This document shows positions 9,837 through 20,129 of a DNA stretch of 64,000 nt, piece after piece. Location: positions 198,720-262,719 of the forward strand of contig CAVTWF010000002.1 in the NCBI GenBank assembly GCA_963738355.1, given 5' to 3'. Each line of letters starts with the position of its first letter. Positions within the stretch are counted from its first letter, which is position 1. The notes under the pieces were generated by a model. That model saw only the letters and a program-made list of their open reading frames with translations, was not told the DNA's origin and made no database searches. Made by a program: the position numbers and the translations under genes. The stretch comes from an uncultured bacterium (GTDB lineage Bacteria; Actinomycetota; Thermoleophilia; Solirubrobacterales; Solirubrobacteraceae).

Positions 9837-12800
9837 ATGTCCACTACTGCGAGAAACGCCCTAGTCGCAATCGGCGCGGCCTTCACGCTGATGGCACCGA
9901 CCGGCGCCGTCGCGATCGCCGCGACCAACTCGAATGCCCACGCAGCCGCAGCGAAGAAAAGCGCGAAGTGCGTGAAGAGCAAGAAGGGGAGAAGGGGAAG
10001 AAGTGCCCCAAGCCGTCCCGCAAGGGCGGCTCGAGCTCGAGCGCGGTGACCGGTCCGACCGGGCCTCAGGGGCCCGCAGGCCCTGCTGGGGTCAACGGCG
10101 CGACGGGCCCGCAGGGCCCCGCGGGAGAATCGAATTCGAGCAGCAACCCTGCCGTTCGTGGCGCATCCGGTCCGACAGGTCCTGCCGGCCCGGCAGGCGA
10201 ACGCGGCGCGACGGGTGAAGTTGGCGCAACAGGCGTCACGGGCGCGACGGGCGCGAGAGGCGCAACAGGTGAACGGGGCGCCACTGGACAGACTGGAGAA
10301 GCGGGAGAAAGAGGTGCAACAGGCGCCGCCGGAGCGACCGGTTCAAATGGCTCCAATGGCGCGACCGGTGCCCAGGGTGTAACCGGCGCGACCGGGTCCA
10401 CTGGCGCGACCGGCGCCACCGGAGCGGCGGGCTCGAATGGCTCGAATGGCTCCAACGGCGCGACGCGGTGAAAAGGGCGCGACCGGAGCTGCGGGTTCGA
10501 ATGGCTCGAATGGCGCGACCGGCGAAAAGGGCGCGACCGGCGCCAACGGTTCAAATGGCTCCAATGGCGCGACTGGTGCCCAGGGTGTAACCGGCGCGAC
10601 CGGGTCCACTGGCGCGACGGGCGCCACCGGAGCGGCGGGCTCGAATGGCTCGAATGGCGCAAACGGTGCTACCGGTGAAAAGGGCGCCACCGGCGCCAAC
10701 GGTTCAAATGGCTCCAATGGCGCGACCGGTGCCCAGGGTGTAACCGGCGCGACCGGGTCCACTGGCGCGACCGGCGCCACCGGAGCTGCGGGTTCGAATG
10801 GCTCGAACGGCTCCAACGGCGCTACGGGTGAAAAGGGCGCGACGGGCGCCAATGGCTCAAATGGCTCGAACGGCGCTACCGGTGAAAAGGGCGCGACTGG
10901 AGCTGCGGGCTCGAATGGCTCGAATGGCTCCAATGGCGCGACCGGTGCCCAGGGCGTAACCGGCGCGACCGGGTCCACCGGCGCGACCGGCGCTACCGGA
11001 GCGGCGGGTTCGAATGGCTCGAACGGCTCCAACGGCGCCACGGGTGAAAAGGGCGCGACCGGGCAGCTGGATCGAATGGCTCGAATGGCGCAACCGGCGA
11101 AAAGGGCGCCACGGGCGCCAACGGGCTCGAATGGCTCCAATGGCGCGACCGGTGCCAAGGGCGTAACCGGCGCGACCGGGTCCACTGGCGCGAACGGGCG
11201 CGACCGGAGCTGCGGGCTCGAATGGCTCGAATGGCTCGAACGGCGCCACTGGTGAAAAGGGCGCCACCGGAGCCGCTGGCTCCAATGGCGCGACTGGTGC
11301 CCAGGGTGTAACCGGCGCGACCGGGTCCACTGGCGCGACTGGCGCGACCGGAGCAGCCGGCTCGAATGGCTCCAACGGCGCCACCGGTGAAAAGGGCGCC
11401 ACCGGCGCCAACGGTTCAAATGGCTCCAATGGCGCGACCGGTGCCCAGGGTGTAACCGGCGCGACCGGGTCCACTGGCGCGACGGGCGCCACCGGAGCGG
11501 CGGGCTCGAATGGCTCGAATGGCGCGACTGGCGAAAAGGGCGCCACAGGCGCCAATGGCTCGAACGGGCTCGAATCGGCTCGAATGGCTCAAATGGCGCT
11601 ACCGGCGAAAAGGGCGCCACCGGAGCGGCGGGCTCGAATGGCTCGAATGGCGCCACTGGTGAAAAGGGCGCGACCGGAGCGGCGGGTTCGAATGGCTCGA
11701 ACGGCTCGAATGGCGCGACGGGTGAAAAGGGCGCGACCGGAGCTGCGGGCTCGAATGGCGCAACCGGCGAAAAGGGCGCCACGGGCGCCAACGGTTCAAA
11801 TGGCGCGACGGGTGAAAAGGGCGCCACCGGAGCGGCGGGCTCGAATGGCTCGAATGGCGCAAACGGTGCACCGGTGAAAAGGGCGCCACCGGCGCCAACG
11901 GTTCAAATGGCTCCAATGGCGCGACCGGTGCCCAGGGTGTAACCGGCGCGACCGGGTCCACTGGCGCGACGGGCGCCACCGGAGCTGCGGGTTCGAACGG
12001 CTCGAACGGCTCAAACGGCGCGACCGGTGAAAAGGGCGCGACCGGAGCTGCGGGCTCGAATGGCTCAAACGGTGCTACCGGTGAAAAGGGCGCGACCGGA
12101 GCTGCGGGCTCGAATGGCTCCAATGGCGCGACCGGTGCTGCGGGCTCGAATGGCTCGAACGGCGCTACCGGGTTGACGAAAGGGCGCGACTGGAGCTGCG
12201 GGCTCGAATGGCTCGAATGGCTCCAACGGCGCGACGGGTGAAAAGGGCGCGACCGGAGCTGCGGGTTCGAATGGCGCAACCGGCGGAAAAGGGCGCCACG
12301 GGCGCCAACGGTTCGAATGGCTCCAATGGCGCGACCGGTGCCCAGGGCGTAACCGGCGCGACCGGGTCCACTGGCGCGACCGGCGCGACCGGAGCGGCGG
12401 GCTCGAATGGCTCGAATGGCTCCAACGGCTGCGACGCGGTGAAAAGGGCGCGACCGGAGCTGCGGGTCGAATGGCTCGAATGGCTCCAATGGCGCGACCG
12501 GTGAAAAGGGCGCCACGGCGCGCGAATGGCTCGAATGGCTCCAATGGCGCGACCGGTGCTCAGGGTGTAACCGGCGCGACCGGGTCCACTGGCGCGACCG
12601 GCGCCACCGGAGCTGCGGGTTCGAATGGCTCGAACGGCTCCAACGGCGCGACGGGTGAAAAGGGCGCGACAGGAGCTGCGGGTTCGAATGGCTCGAATGG
12701 CTCCAATGGCGCGACCGGTGCCCAGGGTGTAACCGGCGCGACCGGGTCCACTGGCGCGACCGGCGCCACCGGAGCTGCGGGCTCGAATGGCTCGAACGGT

Positions 12801-14149
12801 GCTACCGGCGAAAAGGGCGCCACCGGAGCGGCGGGCTCGAATGGCTCGAACGGCTCGAACGGCGCTACCGGTGAAAAGGGCGCGACCGGAGCTGCGGGCT
12901 CGAACGGCTCGAATGGCGCAACCGGTGAAAAGGGCGCCACGGGCGCCAACGGTTCAAATGGCTCCAATGGCGCGACCGGTGCCCAGGGTGTAACCGGCGC
13001 GACCGGGTCCACTGGCGCGACCGGCGCCACCGGAGCTGCGGGCTCGAATGGCTCGAACGGCTCCAACGGTGCTACGGGTGAAAAGGGCGCCACCGGAGCT
13101 GCGGGTTCGAATGGGTCGAATGGCGCGACCGGTGCCCAGGGTGTAACCGGCGCCACCGGGTCCACTGGCGCGACGGGCGCCACCGGAGCGGCGGGTTCGA
13201 AGGCTCGAACGGCTCAAACGGCGCGACCGGCGAAAAGGGCGCGACCGGAGCTGCGGGCTCGAATGGCTCAAACGGTGCTACCGGTGAAAAGGGCGCGACT
13301 GGCTCTGCTGGCTCGAACGGTGCCACCGGTGAAAAGGGCGCGACCGGAGCTGCCGGTTCGAATGGCTCGAATGGCGCGAATGGCGCTGACCGGCGAAAAG
13401 GGCGCCACCGGCTCCACCGGAGCGACGGGCTCGACCGGCGCTCAGGGTGTCACGGGCGCCACTGGCGCAGCCGGTGCGACCGGTGCCACCGGCTCCACCG
13501 GAACGAGTGGCGAAAAGGGCGCCACCGGCTCCACCGGAACGAGCTGGCGAAAAGGGCGCGACTGGCGTCGCCGGCATCGACCGGGGCCACGGGTGCCACC
13601 GGACCGACCGGCTCCGCCGGCGCAGCCGGCGCCACCGGCCCCGCGGGCGTGACCGGAGCTGCCGGCGCCACTGGCGCCACTGGGTCTGCTGGTGCAACGG
13701 GCTCCGCAGGCGCCACCGGCTCGACCGGCCCAACCGGAACGGCCACCGTTTCCGGGTTCAAGTCAGCCGCTCCCGCGACGACGCTCACCGAAGCAGCCGG
13801 CGGCGCGAAGGTCGCCGAAACGTCGGTCACGCTCACCGCGACTAGCAAGATCGACGTGAGCGCTCAGATCGAAATCGAATCCTCAAAGATTCCGGCGGGC
13901 GCAAGCTGCGTGCTCAAGATCGAAGGAACCGAAATCAACAAGGCCGTCAAGTCGATCGTGACGGCGGCGTCGAATTCCGCCCAGACCGTCAACGTCGACC
14001 CGGTCGGCTCATCGATCGGATCCACCAAGGAAACGTACACCGCCGGCGCGCACACGGTGGAAGTCTTCTGCAAGAAGATCGCACCGGCGGAAGCGTCAGC
14101 AACCGAGAAGGTGAATACGGCCAACGTCCTCGCTTGGGCCACGCAGTAG
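9837..14149 (+). CDS. Secreted collagen-like protein 2, very long GATG/GSN repeat, distinct C-terminal head (many indels)
   Basis: AGGAGG SD 9825-9830; N-term homologous to gene 1; repeats [13 protein letters not shown] / GATGEKG / GAQGVTG across several frames; head in ORF 13649..14149. Confidence 0.88.
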
Positions 14150-14197
14150 GGCCGACGAGCGCACCGTCTCAGCCTCCCTTCCGAGAATTCAAAGGCT

Positions 14198-14251
14198 GAG
14201 GCGGGCGATACAACCGGCGCGGGACACGGAGGTCCCGCGCCTGCCCGCCTC
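14198..14251 (+). terminator. GC-rich 3' hairpin after collagen gene 2
   Basis: GAGGCGGGC...GGCGCGGGAC/GTCCCGCGCC...GCCCGCCTC between convergent genes. Confidence 0.55.
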
Positions 14252-14299
14252 CACCCCGCTGACGGGCGCGCGGACGAACCCCTTTACTGAGCGCGCGCT

Positions 14300-15934
14300 T
14301 CAGCCGCTCAGCGCGTACGTCTTGATGTCTTCGTCGAGCGTCCCCTGCGCGTTGTACTGCCCGATGTGCACGTGCACCACCTTGCCCGCGCGATTCAGGT
14401 AGATCGTCGTCGGCAGGCCCGCGATCGGCGCGAGCGAGCTCAGGCCTTCCGTCGTCGTCTCGAAGCTCGGATAGCTCACCGGGTGCGCCGCCAGGAACGC
14501 GCGCGCGCTCGAGCTCGAGTCTTCCGCGTCCGCCCCCAAGAATGCGACGCCTGTGCCGTACTGCGCGGACGCCGTCGCGAACAGCGGGAACTCCGTCCGG
14601 CACGGCGTGCACCACGACGCCCACACGTTCATCACCACGGGGTAGCCCCGCAACGCATGCAACCTCGTCGTCAAGTCGCTCTGCGAGCCGACGATCTCGT
14701 TCGCCTCTTCGTGTAGCGACGCCAGCGGTCCCGGCGAGCCTCGCAACTCTGTCAGCGCGGCGCTCACGCTCGCCGGTGGCCTCGGTGCGCGCGCGAGGGC
14801 GGCGCGAACCTCTCTCGTGAGCGCGTCCGTGCTCAGCCAACCCGACGTCGAGATGTCGTAGTGCCACAGGATCCGGCCCGATGCAGACACGAGCACCAAC
14901 CACGGCTCGTCTTCTACGGAGTAGCCGTCCGCGATGCGGCCGTTCTCGTCGATCGCGACCGGGTAGGCGAGCGGGTGCTTCAGTGACGCGAGCAATTGGG
15001 GTAACGCTGCGGGTGACGGTTCGACGCTCGCCTCGTCCACGGCCGTCAGGGACGGCAGCCTCGCCGACGCCGCGTCGGCGTCGTATGCGGAGAGCGCTTC
15101 CAGCTGATTCGCGAGATCCGTCGTCTCCGAATCCCATGCATCGAAGAACAGCAGCAAACGGGGCGCCGAGCCCGGGCCGAACGCCAACTCGCCGCCGCCC
15201 GCGCGGGGCACCGCGACGCTGCTCGCGGGGCTGATCGACTCGATCCGTTCATAGGAGAGCTTCGACTGTACCGCCGGGTGGCCCGGCAGCAGGCTCGACG
15301 CCGCCTGCGCGAGGATCTGCGCCTGCTGGTGGATGCCCGCGTATGCGAGTTCGATCAGGTACACCTTCGAGAGGTTTCCCCGCTCGTCGATCATGTAGAG
15401 CGCCGGCGTGTGGTCGATCGCCCCAGCTTCGATCTGCACGTCGATGTGGTACGCGTGCCACACCGCGCGCAACTGCGGCAGGGAGCCCGTGAGGAAGTGC
15501 CACGCGTGCATCATGCCGTGCGCCTCCGAGTACGCACGCACGTTCTTCACCGCCGTCGCCGTGGGGTTCGCGTCGATGCCAAGCAGTTCGACGTGTGCGC
15601 CGGCGGGCCCCAGCAGGCGCTTCGCGTCGACCATCTCCGTCGTCGTCAGCGGGCACACCGTCGTGCACTCCGAGTCGTTGAACGCGAGCAGCACGACATG
15701 GCCGCGGAAAGAGTGAAGCGATATCTCCTTGCCGAACTGGTCCGTGAGCGTGAAGTCCGGCGCCTCGCCCGAGAGCGCCGTGCCTCCGTCGAGGTTCGGA
15801 TTGCCCGCGAGCGCCGCTTCCTGCGCGCCCGAGGACGGCGAGGTGCGCGTGAAGAGCACGACCGCCGCGAGCACCAGCGCGAGCAATGCGAGCGTCCCGA
15901 TGCCCTGGAGCGCTACGACGCGCCTCCGCGTCAC
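14300..15934 (-). CDS. SCO-family / TlpA-type redoxin fusion, membrane anchored
   Basis: APDFTLTDQFG...ECTTVCP...IDHTP (SCO), middle Cys-less thioredoxin-like unit, C-term NVWASWCTPCRTEFP. Confidence 0.88.
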   Translation of the reverse strand: MTRRRVVALQGIGTLALLALVLAAVVLFTRTSPSSGAQEAALAGNPNLDGGTALSGEAPDFTLTDQFGKEISLHSFRGHVVLLAFNDSECTTVCPLTTTEMVDAKRLLGPAGAHVELLGIDANPTATAVKNVRAYSEAHGMMHAWHFLTGSLPQLRAVWHAYHIDVQIEAGAIDHTPALYMIDERGNLSKVYLIELAYAGIHQQAQILAQAASSLLPGHPAVQSKLSYERIESISPASSVAVPRAGGGELAFGPGSAPRLLLFFDAWDSETTDLANQLEALSAYDADAASARLPSLTAVDEASVEPSPAALPQLLASLKHPLAYPVAIDENGRIADGYSVEDEPWLVLVSASGRILWHYDISTSGWLSTDALTREVRAALARAPRPPASVSAALTELRGSPGPLASLHEEANEIVGSQSDLTTRLHALRGYPVVMNVWASWCTPCRTEFPLFATASAQYGTGVAFLGADAEDSSSSARAFLAAHPVSYPSFETTTEGLSSLAPIAGLPTTIYLNRAGKVVHVHIGQYNAQGTLDEDIKTYALSG

Positions 15935-16893
15935 TGACGGCTCGCCCCCTCCCGCGTCTCATGCCCGTTCTCCGCGTGCTCCTGCTCCGGGCTCCCTTCT
16001 GTGAGCAGGCGTTCGCGCATCCGCTCCGTCGTGCCCGCGATCGCCGCCCGCGACGCGCGCTCGTTCGAGAGCTCAACCCCGCGCGCGGCGGCGAGGTCCA
16101 GCAGCGCCTGGCGCTCCTCGTCGCGTTTCGCGAAGCGCAGGAAGAGCCATCCGAGCAGGAGCGTCGTGAGAACCACCTGAACGATCATCATCACCGCGCC
16201 CGCCAAGTTCTGATCCGAGATCGGATTCAAGCCGCGGTGAGCGTCGCTCGCGTCGTAGATCGGATAGAAGACCGTCTGCGCCCAGATGAAGATGTTCCCG
16301 AGCACCGCACCGATCAACCGCACGAGCGTCACGTAGCCCACGCTTCCCCACCCCTCGAACCAAGCAGGCTTCGGCAGCGGGCCGAGGACCGCGAGCCACA
16401 ACAGCGTCCCGAACCACAGCAAGCTGGCGTGCTCGAGCGCGTGGATCAGGTCGTGACGGATCGCGAGCTGGTAGAAGAGCGGCAGGTGCCACACGTACAG
16501 GTTCACCGCCCACAGCACGAGCGCGACGACGGGGTTCACGAGGATCCGCAGGGGGCGCGTCACGCGGAAGTGAAGTAGCGGTGCGAGCACCGGGCCAGTC
16601 AGGCCGAAGACGATGAACAGCGACGCGATTTCGCCGATGATGATGTGCTGGATCATGTGCGCGAGCAGCACTTCGTCCGCGAGCGAGTCGAACGGCGGCA
16701 GCTGCACGACGACGACGGTGAGTACCGCGCAGGTGAAGGAGGCGACGCGCCAGCGGGCGACCGGCCTCTTCTCGCGCCGCAGCGTGAGCGCGCGCTTCGC
16801 GTACAGGGCGAGGTAGGTCGTGCCCCCGATCACCGGCGGCAGGAACTCCGCGAGGTGCAACGTCGAGGGATCGAATCCGAGGGGCGGTGGCAT
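15931..16893 (-). CDS. Cytochrome c oxidase assembly protein (caa3 CtaG family)
   Basis: AHMIQHII, WHLPLFYQLA...HALEH, DQNLAGAVM. Confidence 0.88.
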   Translation of the reverse strand: MPPPLGFDPSTLHLAEFLPPVIGGTTYLALYAKRALTLRREKRPVARWRVASFTCAVLTVVVVQLPPFDSLADEVLLAHMIQHIIIGEIASLFIVFGLTGPVLAPLLHFRVTRPLRILVNPVVALVLWAVNLYVWHLPLFYQLAIRHDLIHALEHASLLWFGTLLWLAVLGPLPKPAWFEGWGSVGYVTLVRLIGAVLGNIFIWAQTVFYPIYDASDAHRGLNPISDQNLAGAVMMIVQVVLTTLLLGWLFLRFAKRDEERQALLDLAAARGVELSNERASRAAIAGTTERMRERLLTEGSPEQEHAENGHETREGASRQ

Positions 16894-16931
16894 CGCGCGC
16901 GTCCTCTACGCGGCCAGCGGGTCTACCGGGG

Positions 16932-17771
16932 TCAGTGAGACGCGCTCGCCAAGTCCGCGAGCGCCTGCGCACGCTCGTCCTGACTCAGCAAATCCACGAA
17001 CACCACAGAGAGCGCGATGCCGAACACGAGCAGCTCGATCAAGCACATCGACGCGCCCGCGAGGCGCTGGTCGGTGAGCGCAGAGATCCCGTATGCGCGT
17101 GGCGCGCTCACGTACAGCGGGTAGAGCGTGCGATTCAGCCACGTCAGCGGCAAGCACACGAAGGCGGTTGCAAAGCGCGAGAAGCCGAGGTAGCCGAGGC
17201 GCGCGATCGCCGGCCTCCGGCGTTCGCTCGGCAGCGGGCTGATGATCATCCACCACAGCGCGAAGCCCGTGTAGAAGAGCGTCAGGTGCGAGAAGTAGTG
17301 GATTGCTTCGTGCTGGCTCGTGTAGTCGAAGACCGCGGGTATCGACCACACCCAAGTCGCCGCAGCCCATGCCGGCAGCGCGATCCACGGGTTCGTCGCC
17401 GTGGCCCACACGCGGCCCAGCGTTCCACCGCGTGCGGTGTGTCTCAGCATGCGCCGCGGAACGCCCAGCGGGATCACCGGCGCACGCAGCCCGAGGATCA
17501 GGAGCGGCGGCGCGATGTCCGCGAGCAGGGTGTGCTGCACCATGTGCGCCCACAGCAGGTAATCGTCGCCGATCGCGTCGAGCGGCGAGCAGAGGGCGAT
17601 GAAGAGGATCGCCAAGCCCGACCAGTAGAAGAGCCAGTGCCCAGGGCCCACCGCCTTGCCCGTGACGCGATGCGCGCGCCGCAGCATCGTCACGTAGAAG
17701 GCGCCCGCGGCCAGCAGGGCGGCCCACACGACTGGGTCGAAGCTCCAACTGCCCCATCCAGGATGGCCCAT
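16932..17771 (-). CDS. Cytochrome c oxidase assembly protein (caa3 CtaG family), paralogue
   Basis: SPLD...AHMVQHTLLADIAPPLLILG, DQRLAGASM. Confidence 0.88.
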   Translation of the reverse strand: MGHPGWGSWSFDPVVWAALLAAGAFYVTMLRRAHRVTGKAVGPGHWLFYWSGLAILFIALCSPLDAIGDDYLLWAHMVQHTLLADIAPPLLILGLRAPVIPLGVPRRMLRHTARGGTLGRVWATATNPWIALPAWAAATWVWSIPAVFDYTSQHEAIHYFSHLTLFYTGFALWWMIISPLPSERRRPAIARLGYLGFSRFATAFVCLPLTWLNRTLYPLYVSAPRAYGISALTDQRLAGASMCLIELLVFGIALSVVFVDLLSQDERAQALADLASASH

Positions 17772-17815
17772 CCGGCCCAGCCTACCTCAATCGCTTTCGC
17801 TGCGGCGAGCGCCGA

Positions 17816-19036
17816 TCAGTCGAGCTGGAACCGGCCCGCCTCGTAGATCACGCGCTCGCTCCCGTCGCGTAAGCGCGCCGTCACCGTGCGGTCAACCGTC
17901 GAGACGATGTCCGTGTGCACCGTCGAGTCGTTGAAGCCCAGCTCCTCCCAGCGCTCGCGGCTCACCAACGCCGGATCGCCCGCGTAGCAGTCGTGGTAGG
18001 ACTTCCCCAGCGCGAGGTGCGTGTTCCCGAACGGGCCGCCCACGTTCTCGTCGTAGAGCGTCTCCGCCATGAACTTCGTGATCCGCGAGAAGCGCGAGTC
18101 CGTGAGCGAGTACTCCCCCACCTTGTCCGCGTTCTCCGTTGCGACCATCTCTCTCAGCACGTCCTCGTTGCGCTCCGCGGTCGCCTTCACGACGCGGCCG
18201 TTCGCGAATTCAAGGCCGATGCCCTCGATCAGGTTCCCATAGCGATAGAGCGGCTGGTTGAAGCGTATCCACCCCTCCGTGCCGCGCCAGTCGGGGCTCG
18301 TGAAGATCTCGAACGAGGGGATGTTGCGCCCGCTCCCGCCGACCCATTTGCGCTGCTCGCCAACGGTGAGCGTGAGGTCCGCGTCCTCACCCCGCACGTG
18401 CAAGCGCTCGATCGGGAGCGCGCTCAGGCGCTCCACGTAGTCGCCGATCTGGGCACTCACCGCCCGCCAGCGCTCGATCGCGTTGTCGTCGTCGAGGAAG
18501 CAAGCCTCCACGATCTGCCGCCAGTACTCCTCCTCCGAGAGGCCCGCCTCCGCCGCCATCGCTGGTGTCCCATAGAGCGCGAGCGTCCACGTGAAGCGCC
18601 CCTCGTTCTCCTTCTCCGTGCGCCAATCCAGCAGCGGCTTCATTGCCTGCGCGCGGCGCATGATCTTGCGCGGGTCCGCCCCCTCGAGGGCGTGCATGTC
18701 CGCGTCGCTCAAGACGCTCACCTGGTGGTCCATCTGGTCCACGAGCCCGCGCGCCTGTTGCGCCGGGAAGAAGTCGAGCTGGCGCTCGCCCGCGAGCTCG
18801 ATGAAGTCGCGCGAGAGGTTGTATGCAGCGTCGTCATCCGGGGCGTAGTGGCCGATCGTGTCCCCGCCCGCGCGCCACACCGCGCGGTGCAGCTCGACGT
18901 ACAGCGGCTTCGCCGACTCCGGCGCGACGATCCGCACCACGTCGCCCTCCTTGATCCCGCTCCCGCCGCCGAGCGCGAAGTTCACGAGCACGTCGGCATA
19001 GCGCTCGAGGATCGATTGTGGTGGTGTGTACAACAC
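17816..19036 (-). CDS. Aminopeptidase, M29 (AmpS/AmpT) family
   Basis: NIPSFEIFTSP, TLYDENVGG...HLALGKSY, NDSTVHTDIV. Confidence 0.93.
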   Translation of the reverse strand: MLYTPPQSILERYADVLVNFALGGGSGIKEGDVVRIVAPESAKPLYVELHRAVWRAGGDTIGHYAPDDDAAYNLSRDFIELAGERQLDFFPAQQARGLVDQMDHQVSVLSDADMHALEGADPRKIMRRAQAMKPLLDWRTEKENEGRFTWTLALYGTPAMAAEAGLSEEEYWRQIVEACFLDDDNAIERWRAVSAQIGDYVERLSALPIERLHVRGEDADLTLTVGEQRKWVGGSGRNIPSFEIFTSPDWRGTEGWIRFNQPLYRYGNLIEGIGLEFANGRVVKATAERNEDVLREMVATENADKVGEYSLTDSRFSRITKFMAETLYDENVGGPFGNTHLALGKSYHDCYAGDPALVSRERWEELGFNDSTVHTDIVSTVDRTVTARLRDGSERVIYEAGRFQLD

Positions 19037-19140
19037 GATCGCGGAAAGCTAGCGCACGCGGGTGAATCCCACGCGCAACCCGCCATTCACCTACCGCGCA
19101 GGTCGTTCTCGGTAAACACTCAGCGAGCGAAGGAGAGGGC

Positions 19141-19995
19141 ATGGAGTTCGAACAGATCACAACGGAGCTCGACGAGGGCGCGCTCACGATCACGCTCAAC
19201 CGGCCCGATCGGCTCAACGCGTGGACGCCCCAGATGGGGCACGAGCTGATCGCCGCGTTCGACCGCGCCGACGCCGACGACGACGTCCGCGCCGTCATCG
19301 TGACCGGAGCCGGTCGCGGGTTCTGCGCGGGAGCCGACCTCGCGAGCGGCGGTGACACCTTCGACTACCGCAAGCGCTCCTCCGCGACCGATGTCCCGCG
19401 CGACACCGGCGGCCAGCTCACGCTGCGCATCTTCGACTCCAAGAAGCCCGTGATCGCCGCGATCAACGGGCCCGCGGTGGGCGTGGGCGCGACGATGACT
19501 CTTCCGATGGACGTGCGGCTCGCCGCCGAGGACGCGCGCATCGGCTTCGTCTTCGCGCGCCGAGGGATCTTGCCCGAGGCCGCCTCGAGCTGGTTCCTGC
19601 CCCGCATCGTCGGGATCAGCCGCGCGGTCGAATGGGTCGCGACGGGCCGCGTCTTCTCGGCACGCGAGGCACTCGAGGGCGGGCTGATTCGCAGCGTCCA
19701 TTCCGGCGAGGAGCTGCTCGATGCGGCGCGTGCGCTCGCGCGCGAGATCGCCGAGAACACCGCGCCCGTCTCGGTGGCGCTCGCGCGGCAGCTGATGTGG
19801 CGCATGCTCGGCGCCGAGCATCCGATGATCGCCCACCGCGCCGACTCGCGCGGGATGTTCGTGCGCGGACAATCCGCCGACGCCGCGGAGGGGATCACCG
19901 CGTTCCTCGAGAAGCGCCCCGCGCGCTTCCCCGAACGCGTCAGCGAGGGCCTTCCGGAGATCATGCCCGGCTGGGCGTCTCCGCAGTTCGAGTGA
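19141..19995 (+). CDS. Enoyl-CoA hydratase/isomerase family protein
   Basis: ITLNRPDRLNA, FCAGADL, IAAINGPAVGVG, RGILPEA. Confidence 0.93.
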   Translation: MEFEQITTELDEGALTITLNRPDRLNAWTPQMGHELIAAFDRADADDDVRAVIVTGAGRGFCAGADLASGGDTFDYRKRSSATDVPRDTGGQLTLRIFDSKKPVIAAINGPAVGVGATMTLPMDVRLAAEDARIGFVFARRGILPEAASSWFLPRIVGISRAVEWVATGRVFSAREALEGGLIRSVHSGEELLDAARALAREIAENTAPVSVALARQLMWRMLGAEHPMIAHRADSRGMFVRGQSADAAEGITAFLEKRPARFPERVSEGLPEIMPGWASPQFE

Positions 19996-20129
19996 CGCGC
20001 TCGCGCGCAGCGCGCCTCCCTTGCCCACGGACCACCTAGCACGCCCCGTGGATGAAAGCGCCGACGGCTTCGGCCGGCGGCGCTTTCTGCGCCTTCGCGA
20101 TCGCTCGCGGCCCGCGATAATCGCGAACG

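Noticed and set aside
10330-13400. CRISPR array
   Set aside because: Repeats are codon-phased coding units with no unique spacers, and no cas genes are present
6496-13848. Long minus-strand and alternate-frame ORFs (PVAPVAP, Arg-rich)
   Set aside because: Shadow frames of the Gly-X-Y repeat; SD, signal peptide and riboswitch are on the plus strand
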